Made by a program: the position numbers and the translations under genes
Notes under the pieces: model-generated
The model's database searches: none
What the model saw: the letters and a program-made list of their open reading frames with translations, nothing else
Told to the model about the DNA's origin: nothing
Shown: piece after piece, positions 58,322 to 64,000 of the stretch
Layout: the number at the start of each line of letters is the position of its first letter
Numbering within the stretch: position 1 is the stretch's first letter
NCBI GenBank assembly: GCA_964016885.1
Contig: OZ024745.1
Coordinates: 75,082,001 to 75,146,000, forward strand
Direction: 5' to 3'
Source: Eledone cirrhosa
Lineage: Eukaryota
DNA: 64,000 bases

Positions 58322-60493
58322 TCAATCTATGTCTGCAGCAACTGAATAAATTTGTCCGTAAATTAAAGGAATTTTTAGTATAAAAAATATCTCCTCCGCG
58401 CAGAGGTCACATGTCTCAGAAGATGAATTAAAAGGAATCCCTCTTGAGACTATATTCCAAGCCGTCGAATATCCAACGTTATCATGCTTAAGTTGCCAGA
58501 GTAAGCCTGATAGTGATGTTGAAGATTTTTTGCTTGGATCTGTGAAAGAATTCTTGTGGTTATTATAGCAAAGTTTAAATTCTGTCGAGGTGGAACCAAC
58601 ATAGTTAAAAGAATTTAAGTCCGTTTTAACATTACAGTTGTATATTATATTTTTAACTAAGCAATTGTTATTTAACGGACATTTAGATCTATCTCTACAG
58701 TTACATTTGTTTACTTGGATATTATTTATGCTATTATCGGTATTTTGGCTAGGTTTTAAATTCCTATTATTTATTCTATTAATATTTTGTGCTAAATTTT
58801 TGGTGGATGAGTAAGTTAATTTTATAGTATGTCTATTGAAAATTGAGTGATACTTATGTGTTCTAGGGAAGCGATTATCAAGAGCATTAAAAAATAGTTT
58901 AGCGATGTGGGTTTTAATGTTTAGTGAGAAAGGGGGGGCAAACCATATTATATTCCTAGTTCTATTTCTTTTTTGGCATTTGGAATTATTGTAATGCTTT
59001 CTATTATAGTTGTTAAAGTTGTTGCCGTAATTAAAATTGTTGTTATTTTGGTTAGTTTGTCTATTATTATCTATGTACATAATTTTATCACTATATCCTG
59101 CTCTAGCTAACGCTTCATTGTAATACTGGGCTTTTTCGTCGAAAATCTTTTTATTAGATGAGATTCTAGAGATAGGTTTTTGAACAGAGTTCACTATAGT
59201 ATTTTTAACAGATCTGGGGTGGTTAGAGTTAAAACTGACATAGTTTAAGTTTTCATTCAACTTGTGAAATGGATAGTGAAGACATGTGTTGAGATTTAAT
59301 GTTACATCTAGGAAATTGACTATTCTATGGTTATTCTCAATTTCTATTTTTAGATTAAAGTAATTAAAAAATTGTATAATTTGTTTTCTTTTTCTATTTA
59401 GTTCAGAGTTATTATTTTCAATAAGTAAAAGCATGTCATCTCTATATAATCCTCCGGTAGCACCGGGTATTTTCCTATGCAGCGAATTGATTATAAATAG
59501 GCCCACAAGGTCAGTTACCTGAGCTGAGTCGGATGATCCCATGTCGAAATTGTTATCTCTATCTGCTCTGGTCTATAGTTGGTTATTAAATTCTATCAAT
59601 GTTTTCCTAGCCGATAATATAATGTGCATTTCATTGCTAGTTAGGTCTGTATGTTTGAATGCGTAATTTAGTGCCTTATTTAGTAGATTAGGGGTAATAG
59701 ATGAATAATAGTTAGCAATATCTAGTTGAATAAATTTATTATTATTGTTATATTTAATTTCTTTAAACCACTCAATAACCTCTCCAGTTCCCTTCCACAA
59801 GCTCAAGTTAGGTAAACAATTCAAGTTTTTAATTTGCTGTATCACCCTGTCTAGAATGTTTTTGCTAAGTTTACCCAGGTCAGATTTTGATGGTGCAATC
59901 AATCTGACTGGCAGGTCATTTTCAAAATTTCTTTTGTGATCCTTCATATTGATCTTGGGTTTCCTGGGCACGAAAGGTTGTGTTTTGTTCTCAATTTCCA
60001 ACTCATGCATTATACAGGATGCCTCAACATTCATTTTCTCAAGCTCAGCCTTATCTGCTACCTTGTACTTTTTCCTCAGTTCTTTCAGTATGAGGCCATT
60101 ATACATGTCTTTTTGCACTCCATAGAGGTTGTTGGTCTTGTCAGATTTCACCAAGATCTTCTCAGTTTTCTCTAAGCTCTCAATATTATCCTTAATGCCT
60201 TTCAGATATTCCTGGCCTTTGAAGTTTCTCTTGAATTTGACTCCTTGTATGATAGAAATTATATCGTTTTCAAAGTCAAATAAAAGTTTGTTGGGGGGTG
60301 GATTTTTTTTAGATTTGAAAACTTTGTCTAAGTCCGAGACATTTTCATTTATATTAGATTTATCAAAGTGGAATGCACGCCACCTGATTCTCCTTATAAA
60401 AGAGTCCGATTTATCTATTAATTGTTTAATAAAGTCTTTGTTTCTAGGTAGAGGTATGTCTTTTAAAGAGGAAGAAATCTTAAAGAATTCCAT
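58322..60493 (-). pseudogene. PLE RT-GIY-YIG ORF with one in-frame TAG (59575-59573) and a late frameshift
   Basis: LDIANYYSSI, FDMGSSDSAQVTDLVGL, GLYRDD, VNFLDVTL; CNCR..CPL..CL, IIY..YVGST..F...NH, CDLC. The two ORFs are in frame; a CCRHR ending lies in another frame. Confidence 0.92.
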
Positions 60494-60780
60494 TTTTTCA
60501 GTTATAATATAAAGTGCTCAACAGTATCTATCTCCCTCTGTCTTTTTTCTCTCTCTATCTATCTCTCTCTGTTTTTTCTTTACATGAATTTCTTCTCTCT
60601 ATCTATCTCTCTATATCTATCTCTCTCTGTTTTTCGTTGCATGCATTTCTTCTTTTTCTTCGCTTTCTTTCTTTCTTTCTTTTTATAACTGTCCCTAACA
60701 TTTTTCACTACCAAATCAACTTTTTAAATGGAAGTTGAAGTTGTAAGGTATGTCAAATCTATCTATTTATAAGACTGTTT

Positions 60781-60858
60781 ATATTGTATTTTGTCTGATG
60801 AAGGCATACCATATTTTTAATATGATATCCCTGAAATATATATAATGAAATAAATATG
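60781..60858 (+). ncRNA. Type I hammerhead ribozyme in the inverted 5' pLTR
   Basis: tattttgt-CTGATGA(60795)-AGGcATAcCATAT..ATATGaTATcCCT-GAAA(60833)-tatata-TA|atgaaata. Confidence 0.82.
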
Positions 60859-60892
60859 GTTTTATAAATATAGTTTCCATTTATTTAATATC

Positions 60893-60931
<39 letters not shown>

Positions 60932-61327
60932 ACACACACATATATTTTTTGTTTTTATTTATTTTTTTATTTAGTTATTTCTGCTTGCTTACTCCTTCCC
61001 AAATTTGAGTGCATATATCTGTGTATGTGTATGTATTTTTGTATATATCTGTGTATATGTATGTGTACGTATTTATGTTCCTGTCCATATTTCTTTGTAG
61101 ACGCTATTACGTTTGTGTGAGTTTACGTCTACATACATTTTAGTATATCCGCGTAGTTGATTGTGTTTATGTTTACGTTCTGGATATTTATATTTTATTC
61201 GTATATATATATATATATATTTTTTATTTATTTTCCCTATTTCCTTTTCGCCCGTTTTCTTCAGCTTCATCCTCACACCTCCCAAATTTCACTTTCAAAT
61301 CCATATTTAACAAAAGCACCATGCCCC

Positions 61328-61395
61328 CTGTTCACTCTGACGACCGAAGACAGATACAACATCTGTCTTCAAGAAACCACTGGTAAATGAAACAA
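61328..61395 (+). ncRNA. Hammerhead ribozyme motif of another PLE-like family (partly degenerate)
   Basis: ttcact-CTGACGA(61337)-cc-GAAGACAGAT-acaac-ATCTGTCTTC-aa-GAAA(61373)-CCactGG-TA|aatgaa. Confidence 0.7.
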
Positions 61396-61559
61396 CCATC
61401 TTATGTTGTTTATTATATAACTAATAAGCTCTGTAGCCTACATAGAGCACTCTTTTTTCCTGTACCCTTCCGACGGAAATACTTCATTTACTATATATAT
61501 ATATATATATTTATAATATATATATACTATATATATACATATATAATATATATATATTA

Positions 61560-61847
61560 ATCAATTAAAGAAAGTTGGTTGATTAAAAATCTGCCGACCT
61601 TTTCTTAAGACTCCACGGTTTTTTGTTCATCCGGAATTTTATTATAATAATAAACAAGAAAGACGATTTCACCCGTCCACCCCCATTCACCCCGTTATAC
61701 GTATTTCAAAGACGTATGGTAGTTATATAACATCTTTACGTGTTGTCTGAAGAGAACCTGTAAGGCAGATGTTATCAAATACGATACGTCCCTGAAACAC
61801 GCACAACAAAATAAATAGGTGTGGACTAATGAAACCGTCTTTCTTGT

Positions 61848-61855
<8 letters not shown>
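61560..61855 (+). mobile_element. Short PLE 3' end with degenerate hammerhead (CTGAAGA 61747, GAAA 61794)
   Basis: IKESWLIKNLPTFS* resembles GIY-YIG ORF ends. Stem I tgttgt/acaaca flanks the core boxes. (TA)n on both sides. Confidence 0.5.
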
Positions 61856-61886
<31 letters not shown>

Positions 61887-61944
61887 CACATACACATATA
61901 TATATATATATACATACACATATATATATATATATAGATATATA

Positions 61945-62748
61945 CGGGATGGAAGAAGTTTAGGGAACTACTACCACTGCTAGCTGCAAAAGTCTTCTCC
62001 CTCAGAATGAAAGGCAGACTGTATGATGCGTGTATCTGAACAGCGATGTTGCATGGTAGTGAGACCTGGGCGCTGTAGGTGGAAGACTTACGTAGATTAG
62101 AGAGAAACGAAGCCTGCATGCTCCGATGGATGTGTAAGAGTAATATATGTGAACGACAAAGCATAAATGAATTGAGAGAGAGACTGAGCATAAGAGGAAT
62201 CGAATGCTGTGTGCAGGAGAGGCGGTTGCGCTGGTATGGACATGTGATGCGTATGAAGGATGACAGCTGCATAAAAAGGTGCAGAGCACTAGAAGTCGAT
62301 GGAAACCGCGGAGTGGGGAGACCCAAGATGACCTGGGATGAGGTGATAAAAGCCGACCTTACCCAATTACACCTCTCAAAGGCAATGACACACGACCGTG
62401 ACCTCTGGCGTCACACAGTAATACAGAGTACCCGACCTCCCATGGGTACAAGCTGAAGCATATAGACAATATGCCCCCACATCCCCCACCGCAAGGTGGT
62501 CGTGGAGGTGCCACGGCAAAAAAGCACCCAGCCCACACTGTAAAGTGGACGTGTAGGTGCCACGAAAAAGCACCCAGCACTCACTGTAAATGAGGTTGGT
62601 GTTAGGAAGGGTATCCAGCTGTAGAAATCAAGCCAAATCAGTTCCTGTATGAGCAAGGCAAGGTCAGCCGACCAGACACTGCCCACAACAGGACAACCTG
62701 TCTAACCCATGCTAGCGTGGAAGAACGGACGTAAAACGGTGATGATGA
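61945..62748 (+). mobile_element. 5'-truncated RTE (subfamily C)
   Basis: ORF 62079-62456, 3' UTR modules, (ATG)n tail, TA-rich flanks. Confidence 0.92.
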
Positions 62749-62757
62749 TACATACAT

Positions 62758-62816
<59 letters not shown>

Positions 62817-62858
62817 TAATTAATGTGTATATACATATATATATATATATATATAAAT

Positions 62859-63386
62859 ATATTGTTATACCTTGGGAGGGTCATGTTGCCAATAAGAAAC
62901 ACACGCACCAGTTGCTTTCACTTCAATTTAATTTAATATATATTTATAAATTTACAAATTTATAAATTTCTGGTTGGTTGGTTGGTTCCACAACCAGATA
63001 GTTGTTTATATATATATAGTCATAGTTCTTTCGTCACACACTCTGTGACCTCTTCAGTGACTGGGGATTTCTTTCTTCGTTTCTGTGCCTTTCCTTTCTT
63101 CTATCCTACGCCATTTTGTTTTCAAACAAAATGGCGTAGGATAGAAGAAAGGAAAGGCACAGAAACGAAGAAAGAAATCCCCAGTCACTGAAGAGGTCAC
63201 AGAGTGTGTGACGAAAGAACTATGACTATATATATATAAACAACTATCTGGTTGTGGAACCAACCAACCAACCAGAAATTTATAAATTTGTAAATTTATA
63301 AATATATATTAAATTAAATTGAAGTGAAAGCAACTGGTGCGTGTGTTTCTTATTGGCAACATGACCCTCCCAAGGTATAACAATAT
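62859..63386. repeat. Perfect palindrome, 263-bp arms, 2-nt loop (63122-63123)
   Basis: Arms read base by base; mirrored ORFs 62982-63191(+) and 63054-63263(-) confirm the symmetry. Confidence 0.97.
63183..63227 (+). ncRNA. Minimal hammerhead ribozyme (mirror copy on - strand at 63018-63062)
   Basis: AGTCA-CTGAAGA(63188)-g-GTCACA-gagtg-TGTGAC-GAAA(63213)-GaaC-TA|TGACT. Confidence 0.8.
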
Positions 63387-63442
63387 CGGTTTCAACACAC
63401 GATTTCAGATAAAGAATCTTGCTAAACAAATTCAGAAACGAA

Positions 63443-63491
<49 letters not shown>

Positions 63492-63541
63492 TATATATAT
63501 ATGTATATATATATATATATGTATGTATATATATATTTATA

Positions 63542-63586
<45 letters not shown>

Positions 63587-63662
63587 CGAAGGAAATGTGG
63601 TAAGGAACCAGGTGGACCATAACGCACCAAAGTACTCAATACTTGAGGTAGTAGAGTGGATA

Positions 63663-63783
63663 ATAGGAACCAGTAAGACCCCGACAGCTGAGCTCAAGCC
63701 GTTTCGACGGCTAATTCTGGACAGTCCAGAATTAGCCGTCGAAACGGCTTGAGCTCAGCTGTCGGGGTCTTACTGGTTCCTAT
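63663..63783. repeat. Perfect palindrome, 60-bp arms, 1-nt loop (63723)
   Basis: ataggaaccag...tctggac-a-gtccaga...ctggttcctat; carries a GAAAC box directly after a 17-bp central stem. Confidence 0.97.
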
Positions 63784-64000
63784 ATATATATATATATATA
63801 TATATGAATATATATATATATATATATATATGAATATATATATATATATATATATGAATATATATATACATATATATATGTATGTATATATATATTCATA
63901 TATATATATGTATGTATATATATATATATTCAATATATATATATGTATGTATATATATATTCATATATATATATGTATGTATATATATATATATGTATGT

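Larger units (their letters stand above)
56740..60895 (-). mobile_element. Penelope-like element (RT + C-terminal GIY-YIG, Naiad-like) with inverted pseudo-LTRs
   Basis: 56781-57151 is the reverse complement of 60525-60895 (371 bp); each copy contains a hammerhead. The ORF lies between them. Confidence 0.92.

Noticed and set aside
59543-59575. Selenocysteine or readthrough recoding in the Penelope-like ORF
   Set aside because: The in-frame stop is TAG, not TGA, at a position where TGG (Trp) is plausible; no SECIS was recognised.

Overview
AT-rich, repeat-dominated eukaryotic genomic DNA. The SINE and RTE families and the abundant (TA)n/(CAT)n tracts suggest an octopus-like cephalopod (inference). 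One intact host gene is clear: an intronless glutaredoxin-DEP-DUF547 ORF at 32171-33610 (-), with a possible head-to-head spliced gene starting about 130 bp away. Most of the rest is transposable element. It includes at least 12 RTE-clade LINE copies (two with ~1040-1060 aa open ORFs; those spanning the RT carry an internal PHD finger) that mostly sit in (TA)n tracts, and their partner tRNA-SINEs. It also holds a decayed CRE-like RT/REL element with an N-terminal PHD, a Penelope-like element (RT + GIY-YIG) with 371-bp inverted pseudo-LTRs, R4/Dong, CR1 and Gypsy relics, and TTAA and TA MITEs. The most striking unexplained structure is a recurrent class of near-perfect fold-back palindromes (60-263 bp arms), each built around a different minimal hammerhead-ribozyme motif. 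Several also share a downstream stem-loop ending in TGAGTRCTTT. A second unexplained feature is a 48-bp pseudoknot-forming module that moves between RTE 5' UTR, RTE 3' UTR and SINE body and is locally amplified into tandem arrays. All calls are by eye; no database searches were run.
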